A stretch of 64,000 bases of DNA from Hydrurus foetidus (taxonomy: Eukaryota): the NCBI GenBank assembly GCA_900617105.1, contig UYFQ01000223.1, forward strand, positions 1-64,000. Reading direction: 5' to 3'. Under the pieces are notes generated by a model that was given only the letters and a program-made list of their open reading frames with translations, was not told the origin of the DNA and ran no database searches. Each line of letters begins with the position of its first letter. Position 1 is the first letter of the stretch. A program made the position numbers and the translations under genes. Below are positions 1 through 26,300 of this stretch, piece after piece.

Positions 1-12959
<12,959 letters not shown>

Positions 12960-13931
12960 CGGAATTACGGTATAATATTCCCGTAGATATTCGTCTGCAC
13001 GTACGAATATACGTGCTGCAATATTACTACGTCAGTGTACTTACGGAATGTCCATCGAATCAACAATTTACAGATTTCTCTCGGAGCAGCCAGTGCCTCC
13101 GCTGGAAGCAGGGCAGCAGTAGCGGTGAGAAGTCCAGTAGCACTGTCGCGTTTTTCAGTTAAAAAGCGATTTTCGATTATTTTCTGTATCATCAATTCGT
13201 ACGGGGAAAGAGGAAGGGGCCTCTTTTCTGGTAGGATTTCGTCATCCAATAGCATTTTTACTTCCAGCTTGAGTCACCCTACATCGACACATGACACAGC
13301 CGCGACAAAAGTTCATATCCACAACAAACTTACTGTACTAGACTGTACAGTACAGTACTGTCGCTCGTACAACGCATCAAACAGCGAAAAGTTATGCGCT
13401 ACGTGTGTAATCAACCCAACTGACTAACTACACAGCTTGGAGCCTAACATGAAACTAACTTAAAATAAAATACATACCCCTCAGTGAAGGCGTAGAATGG
13501 AAGGAAGAGACGAGCTCATCTGCATTCGAGAAACGGAGAGTAGAGCAGCCGTATGAGAGAAATGCAAGCAAGCACGCCAGCCAGCCAGCTAGCGAGGAGA
13601 CGGGGTCGGGGCACGAGGGAGGGAAAGATCACTGACATCGTGATACTGATACTGGACATAAAAACTCACGCGGCAATGGCAAATGTATGTGGCCAGCCTG
13701 CACCATCCTTTCCTTTGATCACAGGGGCGTGGGGACAGAGTACGAAGGAAAGCAATCAATCGAATCGCGACCAGTGCTGACGGCGATTCATCTCATCTCA
13801 TCTCATCTTCTCTCCTCTTCTCTTCTCTTCAATTGGAACCGTCCAACACGCTCTTTGACGCCTGATCAAGAGCGCCGACAGCAACACCACCACCACCGGT
13901 AGTGACTGCGTCCTTGTCAAAATTTGCAATC

Positions 13932-14755
13932 TTAACGAGGGTATGCGGCAGAGCTCCCTGCATCGTCATGGCCGTTGTTCGCGACATGAGTTGCGTTGAG
14001 AGATCCGCCTCTCAAGTTGGTTGGATATGTCGGTCTGGGCTGCTGGGTGCCTGAAGACCACTGAGGAACATTAGTACCTTTGGTGTAGATGACCAAGTTA
14101 CCGTCATCTTGCACCTTTAGGTAGTTCTCACCGAGGCCCTTGGTATGTGACGCCCATAGGGCAATTTGTCGTCGCCCAGGCCCAGGCACATACCCATACA
14201 CAACGAAGTTTTCATCTGTCTGCAGAATAGCTCGGATGCCTGTTATAGAACCAGTATTTTTATGCCAGGTGTCTGTGTACCAGAGTGGTTTCCAATCAGA
14301 TCTCCGGTAGAATACCAAATTCCCATCCAATTGCACATCTAGACGAAAAAGAAAGAACTTCGAGTTAATTTGAAACCTTGATATAGTACATCGCCTTGAA
14401 TGAAAATACCATCAACGTATAGTTTCCTTGTGCGTTCCACGTGATTGGTAGCGCCGATCTCCTTGTTTAGGCAGCTTGCGTCTTCCACGTCGAAATATCC
14501 CCTTACGTCCATGCCAGGCCCATGCTCCATATTCACACATCTACTTGGACGTTCGAAAATTTCACCCCCAACAAATGCTCGGGGACTGCTGGCGCAATGA
14601 CTCTTTCAACTCTCGCCGAGTCGGATACCATGTAAGGCAGAAGAATATTGATGTAGCCCATCACCGACACGGGAGTCTCGTTCAAACGACCCCCAGTTAT
14701 CTGCGCATGCGAGAACTGCGAAGGAGCAAAAAGCGGCAAGGGTAGGAAGCTTCAT
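13932..14755 (-). pseudogene. Disrupted secreted protein: signal peptide + small Cys/Trp domain + bulb-type (GNA-like) lectin domain
   Basis: ATG at 14755 gives MKLPTLAAFCSFAVLACA. There is an in-frame TGA at 14608-14606, after which the same frame stays open to about 14342, then a 1-nt frame break. The lectin part has three QxDxNxVxY motifs (QLDGNLVFY, QTDENFVVY, QDDGNLVIY). Confidence 0.75.
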
Positions 14756-15341
14756 GTTGGATGGCCGATGATGGATGACGAATGATGGACGGTTATGCTG
14801 GGCACTTTGTCCCTTCTTTGTGAGAACAGTATCAACTTGTAAGTGCTGGATAAGTTCACATTTTGACGACTTACTGTGATAAATACTGAAGCGTTGCAAA
14901 ACAGGTTTCAGTAGAAGACTTCTCCATGAAGAAGGAAAGATTTGCAAGAGCGCTGTGTCATTGCATAGTTCATTGCTGTGGTGCTACTGGTGCGATATTA
15001 TGATTCTCAGTGTAATTTTTAATTTTTTTCATTTGATGAAAGTCGGCAGAAAGGAGAAGATCTGACTAGGGCGGGTTCTAATGTACTTACGATGTACGTG
15101 TTAACTTTTAAGGAACTCAAAAATTTCGAGAACAGAGCAAGCTTCTTCTTCGTCATCTCGAAGGTTCATTGAAGTGAAGTCCCAAGAGAAAGAACCAAGT
15201 CAATTGAAAGTCAAGTTCAGTTCAAATTCCTGGCAGGTCGAATTAGTGGTCACTCAGTGATAACAATCCTACATATACATTACCAAAACAATTGGAGGCG
15301 ATATATAATATTTACAATCAATCAGCATCAAGCATTCAATC

Positions 15342-16841
15342 ATGGGCAAAGATTACTACAAAATTCTTGGATGTGACAGCAATGCTACCGCCGATGACCT
15401 AAAGAAGGCTTATAGGAAGTTGGCACTGAAATGGCATCCTGATCGCTGCGGGACAGAGAAGAAGGATGAGGCACAAGCGAAGTTTCAGGAGATCGGCGAA
15501 GCTTTCGAAGTTCTGAGTGATCCAGAAAAGAGGAAAATCTATGATCAAGTTGGTTCAGACGGTGCAGCAGGTTACGACCCGAATGCCTCAGCAAACTTTC
15601 AGGGTTTTCAACAAGGAGGGTTTCAGCAAGGTTCTGGAGTCAGAACGCATTACTCTCACAGCAGCGCTGAAGACATCTTCAGATCAGTCTTCGGGACATC
15701 CGATCCATTTGCAGGTATGATTTAAACGATTGGAGGAACCCTACATTTTCGCTTAGCATATTACTAAAACTGATCATCTGATAATAACAAATGATAGCGG
15801 GGGATAACGGCAACCCGTTCGGAGGAAACGGGTCATCGTTTATGATGAGCGGATCAGGATTCGACATGGGCCAAGGCATGCCGCAACAATTCTCTCGAGC
15901 ACGAGCACCTAGAAAAGGAGCGCCAATTCATCACACACTCACTGTCAATTTAGAGGATCTCTACTGCGGAACCACAAAACGAATGCGCATTACTAGCAAG
16001 AAAATATGTGCGAATGGTGGTATCATAAGGGTTGCTACGGACAAAGAAATTGTTGTAAAGGCGGGATGGAAAGACGGCACGAAAATAACTTATGAGAATG
16101 AAGGAGATGAATCTCCTGGAATGCTACCAGCGGATGTCGTGTTTGTATTGCAAACAAAACCACACCCAACCTTCGAAAGACAAGACGATGATCTCGTTTA
16201 CACGGTAAGCAATTTTACTTTTCACAAAATATCGTCTCTTTCATATTTTAACTGACATGTCGTTCAATAACACTCACAATTTACCTCTTTTATAATCTGT
16301 ATCTCAGTGTCCAGTAGAATTGAGAGACGCCATCACAGGGGTGCACACCACACTGACCACTTTAGACAACAGGCAGCTCAAAATAGATGCGCCGTACATC
16401 ACCTCCGACACAGTCAAGATTTTACCGGGAGAAGGAATGCCGAATGCGAAGGTATGTTACGGCCAAACTGTAACTAAACCATACGTTATGTACAGCGCGA
16501 TTCTTGTCATTCAATATGCATTATCACTCGTAAAAGCGTGTGTTACCATCCTAATAGTGAGTTTTCAGCATCATTTGGTACTACAGCATCTGTACAGTGA
16601 CAAAAGCAGACCTTCGCACAATAGACTCACAATGACTTTCATTGACACTTGATAACAAAGAAGTATATCTTATAACTCCTTCATTTTCTCTTGCACTACT
16701 TGATATCTCGTTATTTTCATTTCTTCGATTAAATTTCAGAAACAAAGGAGAGGCGATCTGCGAGTGAAATTCAAGATTAATTTCCCAAATTTAACTGCAA
16801 CTCAGCGAGCTCAAATAGGACAAATTCTCCAGAATACGTGA
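15342..16841 (+). CDS. Type II DnaJ/Hsp40 (DNAJB/Sis1-like), 4 exons, ~341 aa
   Basis: J domain ([16 protein letters not shown]), G/F-rich linker and C-terminal domain ([27 protein letters not shown]). Exons 15342-15714, 15798-16204, 16308-16451 and 16740-16841 join in frame. Confidence 0.93.
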
Positions 16842-17355
16842 ACTCGTACGGAAGTAAGATGCACATCTGAGTGGTGAAAGTGCCCATGCAGGATTGCAGA
16901 AGAACTGGGACTGCACTGTTCCTATTCCATCCCGTGATGACTGTACCATACGTCCTGTGATGTGCTGCGTTGTACCGCACAGCACTAGATGTGAGGAGGC
17001 AGAGGAAGAAGGGGGGAGGGTAATAGTTGACCGGCACGACATGTCTTTCACAGCTATCGAACAGCAAGATAATATACCAAGACAACAGCTACTGTGAAGT
17101 AGTATTTGTTTAATGTCGAATGTCACGTATGTACATTTTGTTTGAAAAGAAATTTGGAGACTTGAAGTTTGAGTGGGGAACATTTTCCACCTCGACTTTC
17201 TCTATTAATTATAGAAACTTTGGCGCGCCGAGATGAGAATTATTTTACTTTCCAGCTCATCGAGTCATGCCGATGAACATGATATTTATTGCTTTTGGCA
17301 CACGATTATTACATGTAGTTTGCAAACAATTTAAACTGAGTTTTCTATACAACTT

Positions 17356-18574
17356 TTACAGATCGCTTCTGTACTCTTTATCTGTCATGCCATTTCCATC
17401 TCGACCATCTTCAATCTAAGAAAGAGGAGAAACGGGTATTATCGTAGAATAAAGAGAAATTAGCTTCAGTTTGAATGTATTACAGGCAGCAGATCAGCTG
17501 CCAATTGGAAGAAAAAACATTAACGGAAATGGTTGTATAAATGAAGGGAACTTCAGGGATTAATTTCATCTTATAAATCGCGAGTGATAGAGAAATTGAA
17601 ATCATGACTACAAATGGACGTATTAATTATCGCGAGTAACAGTAGGGGATTATGATAGACGGACATTCATCTAATTCAATAGCGTGCAATTCTGTGATTT
17701 TCAGTGATGTTTCTGAATTACTACTCGGGGGCTTATTTACAATTTACAGTAACTGATTTTACTTCTTGACACCACACTGTAAAATGATGTTGAAGTTTGA
17801 TTCATAAAATGTCTCAAGAAAACGACAAAGAACATTCCCTAGATGACAGTAGTGTAAGCGAAGAACAGCACCTTGAATGTTAGCATTTTGGCTCTGTGAA
17901 GTAGCACTTCTTTGCTGTCGTCCCCGTACTCCATTATCATGATATGCAGAGCCCTATTCATGGCGACTCGACAATCTTCAAATCGTCCAAGGCGAAATGA
18001 TACAGATCCGACATTGCCCAGCGCTGAGTGTCATTTGAAAGCAGTTGAAACAAAAATGGTGATTAGAATCACAGCATCAGATGCAAACAATATTCTGTCA
18101 GATCTTGGTCAGCGCACCTAGAGCTGTATTCAATGACTCAGGTCCATCAATCTCCTCATGAATCCTAACAATTTGTGCTGATATTTCTACAACTTCATCA
18201 TATTTCTGTTGCTCAAACATGTTTCTGCCCAGTAGATGAAGTGCTGAAGCTGTTTCAGCAGATTTATCACTATATTCAGACATTGCTCGAATTAAATCTT
18301 TCCTAAGATCAATTTCCTGAGTTGTAAGGATAGTCTTCATTGTGACCCCATCCTGATCAGACCTCCCACCCAGAAGCACCATATTCTTCAATTCAGCAAG
18401 CTTAATGAGCTTCTCTGTCTCGGATGCATATTCTATCGAATCTGTCACTTCAGCCTCAATATTTTTTCTTCCCCTTCTCCCTTTTCTCTTCTTATTTCTT
18501 GAACCATCTGATGGGCTTATATGCGATGAAATCAGTAAAATGCCAACAGATATGCATATCAAATTGAGTCTCAT
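17356..18574 (-). CDS. Signal-peptide protein with TPR repeats, 3 exons, ~222 aa
   Basis: Hydrophobic N-terminus and TPR-like segments TASALHLLGRNMFEQQKYDE and TALALGNVGSVSFRLGRFED. Exons 18574-18118, 18023-17872 and 17415-17356 join in frame and end in ...YRSDL*. Confidence 0.75.
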
Positions 18575-19086
18575 GTCAATTGATCAAGATCACTGAAATG
18601 AGAAGTGCAAAGAGATGATGGATGTGTGGCATGAATTGTGGCTTCGATGTTCAATTGAATCGATATGACTCAACGAATCAATCCGCTGTGCTCTGGAATC
18701 AAAAGTCCAAGAACCACAATCCAGACACTGGTACCAATTATGGAACACATTGTAAGAGGACACTCAACCTGTCCGCGGAAATGACGCGATAAATGTTACT
18801 ACAAAACTGCAATCCTGCGATACTTCGCTGAATGTCAGACAGTGCTGAGGTCACAAGTGTGACAATGTTCCTACATATCTTGTCGCTTATTATTTAACGT
18901 TAGTTCAGCAATGTTACATGATGAATTCAGGTAAAATCAAATGGCTTTTCTGTGTCTCGGCGAGTGCGCGGCAAATATGGGGAGATTGGTTTAAATAATG
19001 CACAAATAATCAAATAATTACAAAATTGTCCATATGCGCAATGAATTCTCCTCGCCAATTCTTTCCCAAAGTTTTGAATATTCGGT

Positions 19087-19924
19087 CTAATAAGAGTGTC
19101 CAGTTGGAGCCTTTTCTATGCATAGCTCTTCTCTCACATCATCTAGAGATCGATGCAAATTATCCTCGTATCTAAATGACAAGATTTTGTCACACTTACT
19201 CTGTGACCTCATAACCCACGGTAAATATTCTCTAAGAAGTTGTTTATTCTCATTTGGCGAGAGTTTCAACGGTCCAAAAACACCACTGAACAAACATACA
19301 GGCAATCCAGTAGCCTTCAATTCGAACCATTTCAAAGCGACTTCCCCCAGTACTGTCGGGGGCAGGCCAGATAAAACATGCCAAAAATCATGAACTTGTC
19401 GATATCTGCACATGACATAGGCTGTGTCTGGATCTGTTATATATCTAACGACGGACCTCTCATCAGCGCTGAAGTCGTGATCCTATCAAGGTATTTAAAA
19501 AATATGATGTGATGATGTCTACTGTGTTCTGAAATAAAGCGCTTTCAGCATTTGTCCCCAGCAATCTGATTACCTTCATGAAATCTGCATACTTCTGCCC
19601 AAGAGAACCATCAGGGAAAGTTTCTGAAGACAGCTTGAGACTTGCATTCGTAATCAAGGGCTTCTCACGCATCAATTTCCGACCCGCCGATGATTCCATC
19701 AGAAGGGTCTTTATCTTCTGTAGCTGTCTCTCACCGGTTGCATCTCCGAGGCCGGCTACAAGATCACCTCTGCGAGGGTCTGCAATTGCACCAATACCGA
19801 AGTATGGCACTAGAAAAGCTCGTTGAACCAGCGAAAGACTGTATGGTACGTGGTATGGCCGATTTGCTGAAGACATCTGTCTCGTAATGACTTCTCTGAC
19901 AGAACTCGAGGAGGATTTTAACAT
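19087..19924 (-). CDS. COQ4: Ubiquinone biosynthesis protein COQ4, 2 exons, ~248 aa
   Basis: Motifs DPRRGDLVAGLGD, GSLG..Y..FM and YVMCRYRQVHDFWHVL.GLP...LGEVALKWFE (HDxxH...E). Exons 19924-19574 and 19482-19087. Confidence 0.93.
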
Positions 19925-20764
19925 TTTTTCTGTCGCAACCCTGTCTTCTTGCTCCGGAAAGGTAGTCGCAACTGTCGATGTTTCGTGATCACAACAGCAT
20001 TTGATTAAAGCCAAATGCCTATGATATTATATGTTAATTCCCAATAGATACTATCCTGCGATATTGGATGTCTTTCGGGGAAAGTTCTCGCTGTACCTCG
20101 TGAACGTACGTACCTTACCACGCACACACATACGTATGTACCAAAATTCTTTCTTGGAAACAGTAATGCTCTAAGCTCTAAAAGGTACTATATTGTAATT
20201 GTTTCTTTTCACCGTGAAGGCCATTCCATTATCGAAGCTAAGATGATTGTCTCTCGCACTGGTTGTGCAATGAATCACATAAATATCGCGCTGTTCTGAT
20301 GAAGAGGCAATCCTTCGATCATAGGCAACGGAAGAACGTTCTTCGGATCACAGCCTTCAATGTACACCGTAGTAGGAGAACAGTACATGCAGTCAATGAG
20401 CAAGATTAACAAATGAATCGTTTTTGAGTTGAGAATTCTAATCAGTTCTTGCTGATGTGTACAACGAAATCAAGCGGCGAGCACACATGAAGGCAAGGGG
20501 GACTTGAAGATTGAAGAATGGAGTTTTTTTTGGAAATTTCCCCATAAAACCGTATAGCTCCATCGAAGTGAGTGACGTCGACAGTGGAAGAAATTCCTCA
20601 GATGACGCGATGCAAATGAGATGAGTGACTCTTACTTTTGTCTTCATCAGTGACCTCTATCAGTGATGCATATAACACCACTGTCATTGAAGAGTAGAAG
20701 TATCTATAAGCTGAACCACTTGTAGTAGTACACTTGCAAGCACAACTTTAACACAAGTAATAAG

Positions 20765-22408
20765 ATGATCAAAACTCTAGCAGTAGCATCAATCGTCGCC
20801 AGCGCTAGTGCGTTCGTCAATAATGGTGCCGGAAAGCACCAATCGTTCCTTCAAGTAAGAATGTCCGACAACTCAAACATGTTCGGGGGTGAGAGACCAG
20901 TCACTCCGATCGTCGACACCGCAGCACCAGCACAGACTCCTGCTGCTGTCGTTAAGGGCCGCCAATCCCTGAAATATGAAGATCAAGCCGCCAAGCTCCG
21001 TCAAGAAGCAGCGGACATGGAGGTGGCAATGCGCGAGGAGGCCCGTGCAAAGGGACTGCCAGAGGAAATGATCAACAAGCTCATCCCTCTACCTAGACAA
21101 GCTGCCGCACCAAAAGCAGCAGGCACTGTTCTTGAAGAAGTCAAGGTAGTTGCATTAACAGCACAGCAAATAAGGAGCAAATTAGGTTACCTCAACACTG
21201 GTGATGCCGTTAGAATGTCCTCAGAATTAGAGAGAATCAAATCAAAAGGAAGCATCAAACTGTGGAACGCGAAAGACATCGGTATAAAGCCAAACTTTGC
21301 TGTCAGTAATGGACAGCTCACAAGCAGATCGAAAATCGATCCTCTAAAATTAAAACTAGACGATGTTGGCTACGCATATCAGAACGTCTTCGTTGCAGCC
21401 CTAGTAATTGGTGGTGTTCTTGGAGTGTCTTCTTCCTTTATCGGAGGGCAATTAGGATTTATCTTAGGTTATTCTTCTGCTCTCATTCCGGTGACTTTGG
21501 TTGGTCTTGGTTCAATCGCTCCTTCTCTTATAGGAGATATCCTAGCGAGATTCAGATATGCTACTAATAAAGAAGCGAGGGATAAGTATGTCCACATGAA
21601 TGCAGGTTAGTTGATATCTACTGTTACTTGATTTCTAAAACTACCCTACTGTGCTTGGCATGATGGCAGCCAACTTGTACCCGTATAATTTTGAGTAACT
21701 CACTTAACAATTACTAATAAATCAAAAACTCAATTACACAGGCAAATTTTTAGTCGGGTATATCCTCGGTTTACCAGTATCCCGATTCGATGCGGGGGGA
21801 CCAAGTAACACCGTAGATTTCTTTCAGCTCCGACCAGTGGGTAAAACAGTTGACGACAATAAACAAATGTTTAAACAAACAGCCTACAAACAAATAGATA
21901 TTGCGAGATGTTCCGCGTCATGCATTGGTGGAAATGTAGCGGAGTGCATTATGTTTGGCGAAAGCGCGGGATCAAACCCAGGAGATGTCAACTTGTTGAA
22001 CGAAATTATCGGAGCTGTACAGCCTGCTATGACACCTGAAGCCACACAAAGCCATATTAGGTGAGATTTTTACTAAATCTGAGCTTTTACTCTGTGTTCA
22101 GAATCGGTTTTTTTTCATTTTTCAAAGTACTGTCAATTTCACTTCCACTTAGTCATGCTGTTGCTGCGATGAATATCTGATATACATTTTACCCTACAAA
22201 ATTTTTCAAATTCTCACCACGAATATCTTCATTCATCTTCTCCTTCCTTCTTTCGAAATTTAGATGGTCAGCCCTGACCGCATTCGACATCATAACGGAA
22301 TATAAAACGGAGTACTTACGGCTAGTCGAAGCCTTCAGACAGGGACTACCACTTGAAGAATGCATCGCTGCAATCGAAGGAGAAGGCGAACCAAAACTAA
22401 CGAATTAA
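20765..22408 (+). CDS. Plastid-targeted membrane protein with M41/FtsH-peptidase-like C-terminal domain (VIR3-like family), 3 exons, ~434 aa
   Basis: Bipartite presequence MIKTLAVASIVASASA-FV and two TM segments. VHMNAGKFLVGYILGLPV sits at the position of the HEAGHFLxxYLLGxP motif; C-terminal RWSALTA...LEECIAAIE. Exons 20765-21605, 21742-22060 and 22264-22408. Confidence 0.75.
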
Positions 22409-23359
22409 TTGGTGAATTAGTTAGTAATGTTAGTAAATATTCGAGTCACATAAATATAAACATTTCTTTAGTTGTGCTATCTTCTCTGTCACATATTTTT
22501 CTTTTAATTAATTTCCGATAGTTTACTCTTCACAGCGTTTTTTTTCTCCCCCAATATCAAGTTTCCGTAAAAAAATGTTGAAAATTTTCTTTTACAGAGT
22601 TGTACGCACGAACGAAATAGAAAAGACTTGAAAAGAAAAAATACCATCGAAGGCTATTTCAAGCACCATGTACTTCTCCATCGTATGAAAATATCCTGGA
22701 ACATTATTTTTTCGATTCTCTTCGTATCCCAAACAAATATATTATGTACACAAGAAGACTGAAATAAGCTACTTGAAAAATGTGACACGAAATAAATTTG
22801 AAGTAGATAATGTAATAGGAGATGTTCGAACCTTTAGAAAACTTCGATAAAATGGATGATAACCAATATCAGAAATTTGTGTAATGTAATCAACGGGTCC
22901 GCATGATATTTCTGGACATGTTCTATATTACTTTTATTTGTTTCATCGAATAATTTCCAGAATTTTTGAAAAAGTGTCTAGCGAGGAAAATTTTCAAATT
23001 TGTCCACCAAAATTCTTCCTTCAAGTTCCCTTTTGAATTCTTCTTTTTTAATATCCCCGCCCATCTCATTTACTACACACCGTTCCCTTTTTTCTTCTGC
23101 CCCCTCTTTACCACTTAACTTTTATTTTCTCATCCCCTTTGATCCCCCTCCCTTCCCCCCGCCCTCTCCCACTCTCTTTTACCCTTCCCTAACTCTTCCC
23201 CTCTTTACCTTCTTTGCTCCCATCCTCTTTTCCTCTGAAGTATTCCGCTCCCCAATAATGATCATTACTTTTTAGACTTTATTATTCAGAATTCTATTGA
23301 CCAATTCGATTCATTACGTCACTCCTCCCTATTCGTCTGACAATAATCATTAAGCAATC

Positions 23360-26300
23360 TTAGTTACCATCTAATTTAAGTCTGATGTTCACGGACATTT
23401 TAGGCCCCGGTCTTCCTTCTTTTTCGATTCTTTTAGCCGCATCAATGACTTTTTTCGGTAAAATACGGCTATCTCGATGCCCTGTCGTTTGTACCATGGA
23501 GTTATGTCTTTGCCCATTTGTAACTTGCGAGTCTGACTCGCATTCGAATGTTCCGATTTCTCCATCTATTGAAGCGATGCCGAGAGAAGATAACGGATAA
23601 CATACATAGCCCACTTTAAATTCTCCTGCCAATCGTGATTTATATAAAAGGGTGCAGTGTAACGAACTGAATGCTAGTGATCCACTCCCTATTGTAAATT
23701 CGAATTCCAGTGTAGGCCAGGAACATGATGTGCCGCTTTGACCTGCTGTAGTTGTTACTATTTCATCACCTAAGGTAGAAAAATGAAAAAAAATATAAAA
23801 TATGAAAAAAATGTATGAATCGAAATGCTTCCATTTTATTGAAAAAAAAAGACATTACGTAGGGGAAATCATATTTGATCAGTTACGAACAAAATAATTA
23901 GTGTGGGACTGGACAAAAAGTCATATAAAAAACAAAATAAAACCGTTGCGGAGTCAAATTCAGTTTTTACTACTTTTCTTCATACAAAAATTTCACACAT
24001 GTAATATAAGAAAAAATATATCAATAGTTACGCAGAATTTTAATTCGACTGTACATGAAAAAAGATGATTTTAGATTGTTGAATTCTTCAGTGTTAAATA
24101 AGAATGCACGTACGTACCTACTGCCAATTCCAAGTACGGTTGCGGTGACCATAATCGGTCTACGTAGAATAAATCATGAACTTCTAAACCGGAAACAATA
24201 ACCGTTAAAAAGTCAGAATCCGCAGTGCAAGATGGTCTATGTGCGAAATAACCGAATTGGGTGTATTTCCGTTTTGCAACGGCAGAATTGGGATTTTTTT
24301 CATTATCACTATTACTATCATCATTTTCCGCATATTTGCTTTTTGGTGTTTTTGTTTTATTATCGGTTTGATTTTTGTTGTCATCATTTTCTATCATCTT
24401 CTTTTTATTACTGAATAAATTGCTGAATAAAGAAAGAGGTTTGGAATCTGGAATATCTGGTCCAGGATCTAGGGGCCGATTATTTTTCTCACTATTTCCA
24501 TTTCCATCCGTATCTTCATCGGTATCCTCATTTTTAGTACCATCACCATTTTTATTATTGTTTTTAGTATTAGTATTTGCGTCTTTAGAATTGGTAATCA
24601 AGTCTTTCATGCTCAATTTTTTTACTTTTCCCAATAGTTCTCCTGTGCTACTTCCTGTTACTCCAGTACCAAATATTCCTCGATTGATTTTGGAGACTGT
24701 GGCAGGGATCATGGATCCAGATCTGGAATTTAAAAATTAGAATTAAATTGCGTGTTCAGGAAAAAGAAAAATTAGTATGAGAAATTTGAATGAAGGTAAA
24801 TACGATAGACAAGTAGAATACTTAACAAGTACGATTAATGAAAGAGGAAAGACAGATGAAAAATGATAAAACGAAAAATTTCAGTGTCATTAATAAGTTC
24901 ACCATTCATTGATATAGACAGCAGCATAAGCACAAGACGTATAGAATGAAGAGTTCTCTTTTTTAATCGATTTTATTCGACAAATTTTCTTACTTGGATG
25001 GAGGTTTTGCTGATTGCATCAAAAGAATTTTCAAAGTTAAATCGCCGAGCATGGTTCCTTCTTTTTCGAATATTCTTCTTTCTGGACAGATATCTTGAAG
25101 TGCTCTGAAATTAGAAAAACAAGAAAGTAAGAAGAAAAAAGAAGAAAAGAGGAAAAAAACAACGTAAGCAATAGAGCAAAAAGTAAATTATTTTCTACAA
25201 TATAAAACGGGTCACCAAGAGTGATAATCATACATTGTCAGTAAAATTTAATAATCTGTTGTCATTGTTAGTGACATACGTACTTGTAAACCGTTTCATC
25301 CCCGGACATACTGCTGTTCAAAGCGCTATCCCCTTGGGCTCGAATATCCTAAAACAAAGAAATAAAAATTAGTTCATACATAAAAAAATAAAAAAATAAA
25401 TGAAAAAGAATGAGGAAACGAAAAACAAAGTAAGGTAATAAACAAATGAATAATTGAATGAAGAAATGAGGGGCTATGAATAAATAGATCAGGTGAATCA
25501 GTAGATATTGTAAGTAATGTGAAAGAATATTATTACAATTAAAGTAGTGAATGCAACAAATTAGAAACAGAACAAGACAGGCACAATAGTTTCATTGTAC
25601 GTCATTTAACATCAATTCTCATTTTCATTTTCATATATTTTTGTATTTTTATTACCTCAATGTAATCCAATATTTCACTTATTCGTTGACTTTCATTCGG
25701 ACCACCCGCACTAACAATTGGAAGGGATCCTGGGTCAGGAGTATGCATCGCTACAACCGTAGACTGATTCTTAGAGAATCCAGTATCGGATTTTATTTTT
25801 TCATTTTGATATAAATTCTCGTGTTCGTGTTGTTTTTCGTTTATTTTTTCAGGGGTGATTTCAACGATTTTAGGCGAATTATCGTGTTTTTCTTTTACTC
25901 CCAGACCGAAAAATCTTCCAAATGAAGATTTATTTGAAGAAGAAATGGAATTTTTTCCGCTACCTTCCCCAATATCAAAATTTACTTTATCTTTTTCTCC
26001 TTTTTTTTCTGAATTTATTCCTGGAGATGGAAGAAGAGGAGTTGCGTTGATAGGTTTGATGTTTTGTTTGTGGTCGCTTCGAAGTTGAACGCAGCATAAC
26101 GCAAAGTTCGCCAGTGCATCTGCATCGTCACTGTGCCCTTCTGCCACCTGGAAAAATTAATTGTCATAATAAAAAAAGAGTTATGAGTTAAATTTGATAA
26201 ATTATATATTTAGTATAATTCAGACTTCCCAACTTCGAGGACATGAATGGATTTATCATATTCATCTAATTAATTAATTAAATAAACCTATTTAGTAAAT

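Noticed and set aside
16777..17183. ORFs overlapping the DnaJ 3' end
   Set aside because: They fall in the probable 3' UTR or antisense region and show no protein-like features.
20438..20647. 69-aa ORF between COQ4 and the plastid gene
   Set aside because: Short, no recognisable motif, and located in a divergent promoter region.
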